A stretch of 64,000 nt of DNA from the NCBI GenBank assembly GCA_051251915.1, contig JBPOGF010000002.1, positions 64,001-128,000 of the forward strand, in the 5' to 3' direction. Source of the DNA: Akkermansiaceae bacterium (lineage in GTDB: Bacteria > Verrucomicrobiota > Verrucomicrobiia > Verrucomicrobiales > Akkermansiaceae). Below the pieces are notes generated by a model. The model saw only the letters and a list, made by a program, of their open reading frames with translations. It ran no database searches and was not told the origin of the DNA. Numbering within the stretch: position 1 is the first letter of the stretch; the number at the start of each line of letters is the position of its first letter. A program made the position numbers and the translations under genes. Positions 35,872-45,531 of this stretch are shown here, piece after piece.

Positions 35872-38800
35872 CTAGATAGATCTTAGCATCTCTGTTGCCT
35901 CAGCTAGTTTGGTTTTTGGGGTGGTGGATTTTAGGCGGGGGAATTTGGTTTGGGAGAGCATTATGTATTGGTTGTTGCGGGTGAGCATGAGGCGTTGGCC
36001 TTTGATTTCTATGCTGGTGATGTTGGCTTTGGAGGCAGCTATTTTTAGTTGGGTTGTGTCTAGGAGGTTTTGGGCTGGGGTGGGGAGTTTGCCGTATTGG
36101 TCTTGCCAGTTGTCGCGGAGTTGGCGGATGGTTTTTTCTGATGCAGCTTCTGCGAGTTGTTTGTATGCGCGAATGCGCATGGTGGGCTCGGTCATGTAGG
36201 CGGCTGGGATGTAGCAGTCGAGTGATGATTTATCTGATTGGCTTTCGACGAAGTTTAGGAAGTCTGCGCGGAGGGTGACGTCTATGCGGATGGCGGATTT
36301 GTTTCCGCGGAGGCGTTCGATGGATTGGCGGAGGAGTTGGCAGTAGAGGTCGAATCCGACGCTGGAGATGTGGCCGGATTGTTTGGTGCCGAGGAGGTTT
36401 CCGGCGCCGCGGATTTCTAGGTCGCGCATGGCGATTTTGAAGCCTGAGCCGAGGGCGGTGTATTGTTTGATGGCGTTGATGCGTTTGGAGGCATCGCCGC
36501 CGACTGTTAGGTCGCGGGGGATGAGGAGGATGGCGTAGGCGTTGGTGCCGCCGCGGCCTACGCGTCCGCGGAGCTGGTAGAGGTCTGCGAGGCCGAAGCG
36601 GTCTGCGCGGTCGATGATGATGGTGTTGGCATTTGGGATGTCGATCCCGCTTTCGATGATGGTGGTGGCGAGGAGGATGTCTGCGTCTCCGTTTACGAAG
36701 GTGCGCATGACTTGCTCGAGTTCGTCTTTTTCCATTTGGCCGTGGCCGATGACTATTTTGGCGTTTGGGACGAGTGCGTGGATTTTGTCCCGCATGATTT
36801 CGATGGTTTGGACGCGGTTGTGGAGGAAGAAGGTTTGTCCGCCGCGGTCCATTTCGCGGGTGATGGCGGTGCGGATGATGCGCTCATCGTAGCCGCAGAT
36901 GGAGGTTTGGACTGGGACTTTGTTTGGTGGGGCGGTGTCGATGGTGGACATGTCACGGGTGCCCATGAGTGCGAGGTAGAGGGTGCGGGGGATGGGGGTG
37001 GCGGAGAGGGTGAGGAGGTCTATGCCGGCGAAGAGTTCTTTGAATTTTTCTTTGTGTTTGACTCCGAAGCGTTGTTCTTCGTCGATGATGGCGACGCCGA
37101 GGTCGTGGAAGTGGACGTCATTTGAGACGAGGCGGTGGGTGCCGATGACGATGTCTACGGAGCCGTCTGCGAGGCCTGCGATGGTGGAGCGGATTTCGGA
37201 GGGTTTGCGGAAGCGGTTGAGGAGTTCGATACGGATGGGGTAGTCTGACATGCGCTGGCGGAAGGTGCGCCAGTGTTGCTCAGCGAGGACGGTGGTGGGG
37301 ACTAGGATGGCGGCTTGTTTGCCTCCGGTGACGGCTTTGAATGCGGCGCGGATGGCGACTTCTGTTTTGCCGAATCCGACGTCTCCGCAGATGAGGCGGT
37401 CCATGGGCTTGGGGCATTCCATGTCTGCCTTTGCGTCTTCGATGGCGGTGAGTTGGTCTGGGGTTTCTGTGTAGCGGAATGAGTTTTCAAATTCCCACAT
37501 CCATTTGGTGTCTGGTGGGTGGCCTTCTCCTTTGGCGACTTGGCGTTCTGCTTGGAGGCGGAGGAGCTGGGCGGCGTAGTCCATGATGGACTTTTCTGCG
37601 GATTTGCGGGCGCGTGACCATTTGGGGTCTCCTAGTTTGGAGAGGGTGGGGGCTTTTCCTCCCATGCCGACGTATTTGGCGAGGAGGTGGGCTTGGTCGA
37701 TGGGGACGGAGAGGATGGCTTTGTCTCGGTAGCGGATGTTGATTTCTTCTGTGCCGTCTGGGTCTGTGGTGATGTCTTGGAATCTGCCGATGCCGTATTC
37801 TGTGTGGACGACGAGGTCTCCTTTTTCGATGTCTAGGATGTCTGTCTGGGCGCGTGCTCGGCGCTGGTGTTCTAGGTGGGTGTTTTTGCGGTTGTTGGAG
37901 GTTTGGTATCTGCCGAAGAGTTCTGCGGAGGAGATGACGGAGAGTTTTGCGGAGGGGATGGTGAAGCCGTGGGCGAGTTCTCCGATGGAGGTTTCAATAC
38001 CGGCTAGGATGGAGTCCCCCATGAGCTCGGTGAAGCGTTCTATTTCTCCTTTGTTAGAGAAGATGAGGTGGATGTGCCAATTTTCTGCATTCCACTCGGC
38101 GAGTTGTTTGGTGAAGGCGTGGCGTTTGTTTTGCTGGAGGACGAAGTCGCCGGCTTCGAAGGCGCCGAGGGGTGAGGGGTGGATGGAGAGTGAGGCGAGT
38201 GGGTCAGAGGTAATGTTTATTACGTGAGAGGAGGGATGTGGAGGTAAGTTTTCTTCGTCGCTTAGGAGGGTGATGATGAGGTCGTTTTTGTTGATGTAGT
38301 CTGCTACGGTGGCGGTGTCTTCTGGTTCGGTGAGTTGGATCTGGGTTTGTTTGACTTTGCGGATGGAGGTTTGGGTGTTGAGGTCGAACTCGCGGATGGA
38401 GTCTATTTCTGTGTCGAAGAATTCTACTCTGACGGGGAGTGGGGCTTGCCAGGTGTAGATGTCTAGGATGCCGCCACGGAGGGCGTATTGGCCGCGGTTG
38501 TGGATGTGGTCGACGCGTTCGAAGCCGGCTTTTTCTAGGAGGGCGATGAGTTTGTCTTGGTCTTGTTCTTTGCCTGTGGTGAGGGTGGTGCCTTGGAGGG
38601 AGATGGCAGTGGGTGATGGGCAGGGGGATTCTAGGTGGGAGGTGATGATGAGCTCGGCGTTTCCTGTGGCAATGTTTGAGAGGGTGTGGAGGCGGTCGGC
38701 TGTTGCTTCTGGGTCGTGTAGTTCTGTGGCGGTGGCGTCTGTTTTATTTTCTAGGAGGATTTGTGCGCGGATGTTCCAGAAGTCTAGTTCTGCGGTGAGG

Positions 38801-39051
38801 GCTTGGTTGAGGCGGGGTTGGTCTGAGAGGAACCAGACTCTGGGGTGGTTCTTTTTGTTAGAGAAATTTTTCCGGTGCAGGTGAGCTGCTGCGGCGATGA
38901 TGAATGAGAGGCCTGAGTGGCGGTCCATGTCTGCTAGGCATAGGCATAGTGGTGCCATCTCAGATGTGGGATGGGCCGTGAGTGAGCGGCTTAGATCTGA
39001 GTGCTGGAGTGCTTGGGTAAGAGCGCAGTGAATGTGTTCTGAGTGTTTCAA
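35872..39051 (-). CDS. mfd: Transcription-repair coupling factor
   Basis: UvrB-like RGGILDI, GDLVVH..YGIG RID, CGDVGFGKT, DEEQRFG, LSATPIPRT, QLRGRVGR, DLEIRGAGNLLG. Confidence 0.97.
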   Translation of the reverse strand: MKHSEHIHCALTQALQHSDLSRSLTAHPTSEMAPLCLCLADMDRHSGLSFIIAAAAHLHRKNFSNKKNHPRVWFLSDQPRLNQALTAELDFWNIRAQILLENKTDATATELHDPEATADRLHTLSNIATGNAELIITSHLESPCPSPTAISLQGTTLTTGKEQDQDKLIALLEKAGFERVDHIHNRGQYALRGGILDIYTWQAPLPVRVEFFDTEIDSIREFDLNTQTSIRKVKQTQIQLTEPEDTATVADYINKNDLIITLLSDEENLPPHPSSHVINITSDPLASLSIHPSPLGAFEAGDFVLQQNKRHAFTKQLAEWNAENWHIHLIFSNKGEIERFTELMGDSILAGIETSIGELAHGFTIPSAKLSVISSAELFGRYQTSNNRKNTHLEHQRRARAQTDILDIEKGDLVVHTEYGIGRFQDITTDPDGTEEINIRYRDKAILSVPIDQAHLLAKYVGMGGKAPTLSKLGDPKWSRARKSAEKSIMDYAAQLLRLQAERQVAKGEGHPPDTKWMWEFENSFRYTETPDQLTAIEDAKADMECPKPMDRLICGDVGFGKTEVAIRAAFKAVTGGKQAAILVPTTVLAEQHWRTFRQRMSDYPIRIELLNRFRKPSEIRSTIAGLADGSVDIVIGTHRLVSNDVHFHDLGVAIIDEEQRFGVKHKEKFKELFAGIDLLTLSATPIPRTLYLALMGTRDMSTIDTAPPNKVPVQTSICGYDERIIRTAITREMDRGGQTFFLHNRVQTIEIMRDKIHALVPNAKIVIGHGQMEKDELEQVMRTFVNGDADILLATTIIESGIDIPNANTIIIDRADRFGLADLYQLRGRVGRGGTNAYAILLIPRDLTVGGDASKRINAIKQYTALGSGFKIAMRDLEIRGAGNLLGTKQSGHISSVGFDLYCQLLRQSIERLRGNKSAIRIDVTLRADFLNFVESQSDKSSLDCYIPAAYMTEPTMRIRAYKQLAEAASEKTIRQLRDNWQDQYGKLPTPAQNLLDTTQLKIAASKANITSIEIKGQRLMLTRNNQYIMLSQTKFPRLKSTTPKTKLAEATEMLRSI

Positions 39052-39152
39052 GCGGAGTGGTTTATTAGCACAATGGGAGGGGTGTTGGAAGAGTAGTTTT
39101 TCCGATAATGAAATCTCGCGTTTTGGTGGATGTGTGGTAATTGTCTGGGTAT

Positions 39153-39998
39153 ATGTTTTCTAATTTGTTCCATTTCAAGCTTTGCATCCCGCTGGTGATG
39201 TTGGTAGGTGCTGTGTTGGTTTCGTGTAGTGTTGATCCTGATCCATATAGTTATAATGGAGGTTATAGTAGGCCGGTGAGTATGGTGCAGCCTGGAATAG
39301 GTGGTGCTCGTGGAGGGATGACTTCTAGCCAGTTGTTGAGGCAGGTGAATCTGAATAAGGATTACATTCCATATGGGAGGCATGCGCGGAAGTACAGGCG
39401 TAAGATGACTCCGCGTTATATTACGATCCATAGTACGCAGAATTATAGTGCGACTGCGGATGCGTGGCAGCATAGTAAGGCACTAAAGAATGGCAAGCTG
39501 CGTGCGTATAAGCGTAAGGGTGGTAATAGAATAGGGTATTTGGTATGGCATTATACGATTGATGAGGACCGGGTGGTGCAGCATTTGCCGGATAATGAGC
39601 AAGGTGAGCATGCAGACTTTGATGGGCCTGGGAATAACTATTCACTGGGGCTAGAGATGTGCGAGAATAGTGGTAATAGTAGGAGTGCTACGGTGGAGAG
39701 GACGGCGAAGCTGACTGCCTATCTGATGAAGCAGCATGGGATTCCTATACGGAATGTGGTTCCGCATTATCATTGGCCTAGGGCGGGATCTAAGACGCCG
39801 AATAAAAATTGCCCACACTTTTTGTTAGATAATGGTAGGCCTGGGGCGAAGTGGAGAGCGTATCAGTCTAAGGTGATGGGGTATTATAATCTTATTTCTA
39901 GACCTGTGGCTGCTGCGCCGACTTCCCGGTCGCCGTATCAATCGGGGCAGACATATCCGGCAAATCCATACGGAACAACATCAACTAGGTATTACTAG
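39153..39998 (+). CDS. N-acetylmuramoyl-L-alanine amidase (Amidase_2), probable lipoprotein
   Basis: Lipobox LVSC; ITIHST, WHYTID, HA..GN..SLGLE.C, VVPH, KNCP. Confidence 0.85.
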   Translation: MFSNLFHFKLCIPLVMLVGAVLVSCSVDPDPYSYNGGYSRPVSMVQPGIGGARGGMTSSQLLRQVNLNKDYIPYGRHARKYRRKMTPRYITIHSTQNYSATADAWQHSKALKNGKLRAYKRKGGNRIGYLVWHYTIDEDRVVQHLPDNEQGEHADFDGPGNNYSLGLEMCENSGNSRSATVERTAKLTAYLMKQHGIPIRNVVPHYHWPRAGSKTPNKNCPHFLLDNGRPGAKWRAYQSKVMGYYNLISRPVAAAPTSRSPYQSGQTYPANPYGTTSTRYY

Positions 39999-40004
39999 AA
40001 TATA

Positions 40005-40418
40005 ATGGCTACGGAATTGGATCCAGATACATGGTATCAATGTGACCGGTGCACTGCTTGCTGTAAGTGGCCTGGTGATGTGAGGGTGGAGGACGATGAG
40101 GTGATGGAGATCGCTAAGTATTTGGAGATGGATGAGGATGACTTTATCCAGAAGTTCACGCGGTTGCGGATGAATAGGAATGGATTGTCCTTAATAGAGC
40201 GGGAAAACCATGAATGTATCATGCTGGAGAATGATAAGTGCACGATTCAGGCGGTGAAACCATTTCAATGTAAGGGGTTCCCAAATCGATGGAATTTTAA
40301 AGATTGGCAAAAAGTTTGTCAGGCAAAGCCGGTGCCGATGGCTGAGGCAATGGAGTTAGGCCTTGTGGAAGAGGGGGATCTGTCAGCGGATCATCCATTA
40401 CGAGGGAGTGATATTTAA
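40005..40418 (+). CDS. YkgJ-family cysteine-cluster (CxxCxxCC) protein
   Basis: CDRCTACC...C.ML...C.I..KP.QC..FP. Confidence 0.85.
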   Translation: MATELDPDTWYQCDRCTACCKWPGDVRVEDDEVMEIAKYLEMDEDDFIQKFTRLRMNRNGLSLIERENHECIMLENDKCTIQAVKPFQCKGFPNRWNFKDWQKVCQAKPVPMAEAMELGLVEEGDLSADHPLRGSDI

Positions 40419-40549
40419 GGGTTTCTATGGCGGTATTAGCCTGCTCATGGTGTGGTTTAGAAATAAAAACGCAATAAATGCAAAAAAGATCTTGAATAAA
40501 ACTCTGGAATGTGGTTTTTTGCGCCCGCGCTAGTCGCAACCATTACAGC

Positions 40550-40629
<80 letters not shown>

Positions 40630-40649
40630 CTTTTCGAAGAGGAATGCAG

Positions 40650-40691
40650 AAAAAAGAGGTTTATTTCAATACGAAGTAAGCCTCTTTTTTT
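40650..40691. terminator. Bidirectional terminator between the tRNA and the KTSC gene
   Basis: aaaaaagaggtttatttc / gaagtaagcctctttttt inverted repeat with A and T runs. Confidence 0.8.
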
Positions 40692-40695
40692 GTGG

Positions 40696-41076
40696 TTATT
40701 TTTTGAGCTCTAGGGTGTAGGTTTTGTTGCCTTGGATATTTTCGTTGTAGAATTTGCCTTTGCTGTCGGCTGACTTGAGGTTGTTCCAGAGTGGTTGGCT
40801 GATGTTTTGGTAGATGAGGATGGGCGGTGGGCCTTTGCGGAGGTGGAGGATGAGGTAGCCGTTGTTGGTTGAGGGGTAGTATTCGAGTTTGTTGAAGAAG
40901 GAGGAGTCTGTGGTGATGGTTTCGGCTTGGTGGTTCTGTTTGATCCAATTTTTTGCGGACTGGTAGTCGGTGAAGGTGGTGGGGGTGCTTTCTGTGGGAG
41001 GCTCAGGTGACTTGCATGAGATGAGCAATGTGGAGCAGCAGATGAGGAGGGTGAGGGGATTGAGAGGGTAAGACAT
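40696..41076 (-). CDS. KTSC-domain putative lipoprotein
   Basis: Lipobox-like LLISC; SS...LEY...L.....G..Y.NI....W..L.SADSKGKFYNENI matches the KTSC pattern; start reassigned to MSYPL. Confidence 0.65.
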   Translation of the reverse strand: MSYPLNPLTLLICCSTLLISCKSPEPPTESTPTTFTDYQSAKNWIKQNHQAETITTDSSFFNKLEYYPSTNNGYLILHLRKGPPPILIYQNISQPLWNNLKSADSKGKFYNENIQGNKTYTLELKK

Positions 41077-41135
41077 AGTTTTTAGGATGCTAAATGTTTG
41101 ACGGTGTGTCAATAGAGGGGTTTGATGTGTGGATA

Positions 41136-42479
41136 ATGATAGCGAGCGATATAATAAAGGTTTTGAAGGAGAATGGAGTGATGCCTAGTAAGAAGTTGGG
41201 GCAGAATTTTCTTTGTGATGCAAACGTTGCTCGCTGGATTGTGGATCAGCTTGATCCGCAGCCTGAGGATACTGTGGTGGAGGTGGGGCCGGGAACTGGG
41301 GCGCTGACTGAGCATTTGGTGGGTAAGGTGAAGCGGGTGATCTTGGTGGAGTATGATGCGAGGTTAGCAGAGTATCTGACTGATAAATTTAGCGATCGTG
41401 AGGATGTGGAGGTGCATCACTTTGATGGGGCGCGGTTTGATGTGAGGAGTTTGTATAAGCATGCGCCGATTAAGTTTTTGGGTAATTTGCCTTATAGTGC
41501 TGGTGGTGCGATCATGCGTAATTTCATGAAGAGCCCGACTCCGGTGGTGAGGGCGGTGTTGATGTTGCAGAAAGAGTTTATTGATAGGATAGTGGCGAAG
41601 CATGGGAGGAAGGAATACGGGGTGTTGTCGTTGCGGATGCAGAGTGAGTGGGCGAGTAAGCCGGTGAAGACTGTGCCGCCTGAGGCGTTTCATCCGAGGC
41701 CGTTGATTGATTCTACGGTGATGACTTGTGTGCCATCTGAGAATGGTGAGGTCTATGATAAGCGGTTATTTGATGAACTGGTGCGACGTGGGTTCTCGCA
41801 GAGAAGGAAGCAGGTGAAGAAGCAGATGCCTGATAATGCGGACTGGGAAGAGCTTTCTGCGTCGTTAGGATTGCCGGTGACGGCGAGGGCGGAGGAGATA
41901 AGCTTGGAGCAGTGGATTAAGATTACGCAGGCTTATGATGCTCATCCGTTGAAAAATATACCTCAGTGTGGGGATGAGATTTTCGATGTGGTGGATGAGG
42001 ATGATGTGGTTGTTAGGCAGGAGAAGCGGAGTGTGGTGCATGCGGAGAATTTGCTACATAGGGCGGTGCATGTGTTGGTTTTCAATAAGAAGAAGGAGGT
42101 GTTGCTGCAGAAGCGGAGTATTCTCAAGGATAAGTGTCCGGGGTTGTGGGATAGCAGTGCGGCGGGGCATCTGGAGACAGGGGAGAGCTATGATGACTGT
42201 GCTCCTCGGGAGCTGAAGGAGGAGTTAGCGATTGATTCTGAGGTGCAGCATATAGCGCAGCTTAAGCCGAGTGAGAGGACAGGGTTGGAGCACATAGGGC
42301 TTTATGTGGCGCGGTATGATGGGGCATTGAGGTTTCCGTGTAGCGAGATAGAGCATGCTATTTGGTTCGATATGGATCAACTCAATGATTGGATAGCTGC
42401 TCGACCTGAAGATTTTGCTACTGGATTTCTGGAATGCTGGACTGTGTTTTATGAGAAATTTAGTAACTACGAGGGATAG
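41136..42479 (+). CDS. rsmA: 16S rRNA adenine dimethyltransferase fused to a Nudix hydrolase
   Basis: KKLGQNFL, EVGPGTG, GNLPY, F.QRRK; C-terminal LHRAVHV..LQKR and GHLETGESYDDCAPRELKEEL Nudix box. Confidence 0.92.
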   Translation: MIASDIIKVLKENGVMPSKKLGQNFLCDANVARWIVDQLDPQPEDTVVEVGPGTGALTEHLVGKVKRVILVEYDARLAEYLTDKFSDREDVEVHHFDGARFDVRSLYKHAPIKFLGNLPYSAGGAIMRNFMKSPTPVVRAVLMLQKEFIDRIVAKHGRKEYGVLSLRMQSEWASKPVKTVPPEAFHPRPLIDSTVMTCVPSENGEVYDKRLFDELVRRGFSQRRKQVKKQMPDNADWEELSASLGLPVTARAEEISLEQWIKITQAYDAHPLKNIPQCGDEIFDVVDEDDVVVRQEKRSVVHAENLLHRAVHVLVFNKKKEVLLQKRSILKDKCPGLWDSSAAGHLETGESYDDCAPRELKEELAIDSEVQHIAQLKPSERTGLEHIGLYVARYDGALRFPCSEIEHAIWFDMDQLNDWIAARPEDFATGFLECWTVFYEKFSNYEG

Positions 42480-42480
42480 C

Positions 42481-43671
42481 TTATGACTCTGTGTTCTGTG
42501 GCTTCTCTTTGAGGACATTTAGATCTGTGAGTCCGAGGGTTTCTAGGTCAGCGAACTGGTCTTTGAGGTGGTTTAGCTGATCTGAGGAGTGGAGCTCTGA
42601 TTCTCTGTTAAATGCGGCGCGGAATAGGCTTAGCAGGATATCTGAGGTGGCGACGGTGACTAGGAGAACCGTTGCTAGGAAATTGCTAATGAATGATGCG
42701 ATGGTGGCGATGTCCCATTCTTTTACTTTGGTGAGCAAGAGGGCGATCATGGCTACTATTCCTATGAGGTTGTAGAATTGTAATTTTTTGCGTGCTCCGC
42801 GTAGTACTTCATCAAGTTCTTCAGCGGATGCGGGGGAGGTGAGCTTGCGTGCGTTCATTACTAGGGTGAGTGGGGCAAAGCTGTATGCCGCTAGGGCGAC
42901 GATAGCTAGGAAGCTTTGGGCTTGGACAGCGATCATTAGGGCGATGATGAAGAATAAGGCGTAGAGTGGTGCGATGATAATGGCGATCCATCCGGGCATG
43001 GGTGATTCTGGGATGAGTGTTTTTAGCGCTAGTGATGAGCGGATGAGGCCGGGGAAGAGACCTAGGACCATGGGGAGTAGGGTTAGTAGGAAGAGAGCTC
43101 CGATTCCAGCAATGGTGATCATGGCTTGTTGTGGTCCCATGACATTGGTGTCTAGGAAGGGTTCTACAGGGATCATCGAGATGGCAAAGGGGATGACGAA
43201 CATGCTCATCCAGCCAAGGCGGGTGCATTTCTTTGTTTTTTTAACGTTTGACCAAGCTAGTGCAGCTTGGGCGATAAAATAGGTGGCTCCTATCTTAGCG
43301 ATGATGAACATGATTAGGATGAAGGTGATGATGCCGGGGACTTTGTCTTCAATGACTTCTACTAATTCTATCAGGGAAAAGATGACGGCGATAGTTAGAG
43401 ATACGCCAGCTATCCAGAGTAGGCCGCGGCGCCAGGCTAAAAAATTTCTCGCTAGAATAGACTCTTTCGGAATTCCTGAGGCGTCTAGGGTAGTTTGCTC
43501 GCTGTCTAGAAGTTCTTGTTGTTGGAAATCACTTTTTATAAAGCGATGGAAGAATGTTTTGGTAGTTGCTTGGATGGTCTGCAACTTTTGACTAAAACTT
43601 TGGTCAAGGTTTACTGGAGTGGGGGAGGTAGACTCGGAGGGTGATGTAGGTGGAGTGTTCGAATCATTCAT
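42481..43671 (-). CDS. Multi-pass membrane protein of unknown function
   Basis: 396-aa ORF with about 8 hydrophobic helices; no recognised motif. Confidence 0.7.
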   Translation of the reverse strand: MNDSNTPPTSPSESTSPTPVNLDQSFSQKLQTIQATTKTFFHRFIKSDFQQQELLDSEQTTLDASGIPKESILARNFLAWRRGLLWIAGVSLTIAVIFSLIELVEVIEDKVPGIITFILIMFIIAKIGATYFIAQAALAWSNVKKTKKCTRLGWMSMFVIPFAISMIPVEPFLDTNVMGPQQAMITIAGIGALFLLTLLPMVLGLFPGLIRSSLALKTLIPESPMPGWIAIIIAPLYALFFIIALMIAVQAQSFLAIVALAAYSFAPLTLVMNARKLTSPASAEELDEVLRGARKKLQFYNLIGIVAMIALLLTKVKEWDIATIASFISNFLATVLLVTVATSDILLSLFRAAFNRESELHSSDQLNHLKDQFADLETLGLTDLNVLKEKPQNTES

Positions 43672-43759
43672 AGTTACATTATATTTGTTATAAGTAACTA
43701 TGAGAATAGAATGCGGCTGAGGCCGGTCAATCTAATTTTTAGATGTTAATCTTACATTG

Positions 43760-44284
43760 TTAGTCCATTACAGCTAGTCTCTCATTTCCTCCTGATTGGT
43801 TGAGGCGGTCGATGAGTGTCCATGCGCTATTTTGTCCTTCTTTGGTGAGGCGGTACATTTTGTGTGAGTGGAGTCCGTCGCTGTTAATCTTGATGAGGTC
43901 TTTCTTCTCTAGATTATCCACAATCTTGGTGGTGTTCGCTGGTTTGCGGTCGTAGCTGTGGAGGTAGATGTTGATGCGTTTTGTTTCAACGTGCTCTTCA
44001 TCTTCTAGCTCTTTATAGAGGCATGCTAATAAAACGCACTCACTGCCTGAGAGGCGATAGGTGGGATCATCAAGGACTTTTCGGATGGTTCTGAGTGTGT
44101 CTGATGTTTTTTGGTCGCCGCCGTCATCGAGGTCCATCGCAGATAGTAAGGCTTCCTCTGCCTTACGGAATTCTAGCGATTTGGTGATGAACTCTTGGTA
44201 GAGCTGAAGCTGCTCCACGCTAAGTTCTTCATGCACGCTGGTGAGTGAATGAGTTAGATTCCGGAAGTTATGTGTATCGGACAT
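43760..44284 (-). CDS. Hypothetical protein with C-terminal winged-helix (MarR/PadR-like) domain
   Basis: NTTKIVDNLEKKDLI...KMYRLTKEG wing motif. Confidence 0.6.
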   Translation of the reverse strand: MSDTHNFRNLTHSLTSVHEELSVEQLQLYQEFITKSLEFRKAEEALLSAMDLDDGGDQKTSDTLRTIRKVLDDPTYRLSGSECVLLACLYKELEDEEHVETKRINIYLHSYDRKPANTTKIVDNLEKKDLIKINSDGLHSHKMYRLTKEGQNSAWTLIDRLNQSGGNERLAVMD

Positions 44285-44535
44285 GATGCTAAATTAGCAA
44301 TTTTTTAAAAAATTAGCAAGTATTTATTAATTGTGAATATTTTAGAGCTAAAAAGGCCTTTAAAAGCGCTGAAAACGTAACTTTATTAACATTTTTAAAA
44401 TATTAATTTTACTTAAATTAGCTAAAATTTCCATTGTTTTAGAAGGGTTGTAGAAATTGCTAATAGAATTGGTTGCGTAAATTAGCAAATTTGAGGTAGT
44501 TTTTAGTCACTCAAACGAAACACAACAACTTATCC

Positions 44536-45228
44536 ATGAAAAAGCGCTACCACACACTTCCAGCAAGACAGCAGTTTAGTCTCAATGGCTCAGCTTCAAA
44601 CCGTTCCCTCAGAGGGTCTCTTAAGGGGCTTGGTGGAGGAGTTAGCGAAAAATTAGCTAAGAGTGTTCCTCAAGATGGCAACTTAGCAAAATCTAATCAA
44701 GAAAGCATAGATCCACTCGCTGAGTGGGATAAAGAAGAGGAGTATGAAATGAAATTAGCAGACGAGATTTCTGAAAATGAGCTAAAAGGGTTCACCTTTG
44801 GCTGTATTGAGTCACTAGCTAACTTGGCTGGTACTGAAAAGCAAAGTTTAGAGTTGGTGCTCGCAGATGTGGTTGCGGAAAAGCTCACTACTTTCTCGAA
44901 GTTAGCTCAAGAGAGTCAGGCGGCTAAAGTTGAATTTAAAGAATATGCGAATTGGAGTAAGCAGTTCATTACGAGTGTGCAACCGTTGTTAAAGGATGCA
45001 GCAGGGCCGGCTCAGGAGGTGAAGCAACTCACGACTCAAGTCATGCAGTGTGCTGAACGTAGCATGTGTCAGAAGTATCGTTCTGAATCATTGGCGAAAA
45101 GGGTGGAGTTTCTGGAGGGTGCTGTTGCTGCTTATGTAGCTAACTCTGGTTTGGAGCTAGGGTTTCCGGGATCTGTGATGGGTTCTGTAGCGGGTGCTGT
45201 GAAGCGTGCATTAGCTAAAGTTGCTTAG
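44536..45228 (+). CDS. Hypothetical helical/coiled-coil protein
   Basis: 230-aa ORF divergent from the wHTH gene; no recognised motif. Confidence 0.6.
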   Translation: MKKRYHTLPARQQFSLNGSASNRSLRGSLKGLGGGVSEKLAKSVPQDGNLAKSNQESIDPLAEWDKEEEYEMKLADEISENELKGFTFGCIESLANLAGTEKQSLELVLADVVAEKLTTFSKLAQESQAAKVEFKEYANWSKQFITSVQPLLKDAAGPAQEVKQLTTQVMQCAERSMCQKYRSESLAKRVEFLEGAVAAYVANSGLELGFPGSVMGSVAGAVKRALAKVA

Positions 45229-45531
45229 TTTCGAAGTTAGTGAAATAAATTTTTTATATAGTAATACGGGGGTATTCAGTCATTCACTCCTCTTTAATTT
45301 GGGTCTAGTTTGGTGCTATTAAGTTGCCACTTGCTCATGTTATAGAGGGGTGTTTGGCTTTTTTTTTGTTGAGCTAGCTTCTTAATATTATTCAGATAGT
45401 CTTGACGTTTTGATATTTAAGATTATTTATTTATAGCCGTCTCACTATCGGTTCTCAATTTTCATACACTAATTAGTGCCTCCACATTCTCGGGTATGAT
45501 ATTTTTTGTGCTTAGGGGGTATTTTATACTT

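Noticed and set aside
39048..39473. 141-aa minus-strand ORF overlapping the mfd start
   Set aside because: Antisense to the well-supported amidase gene; no recognisable features
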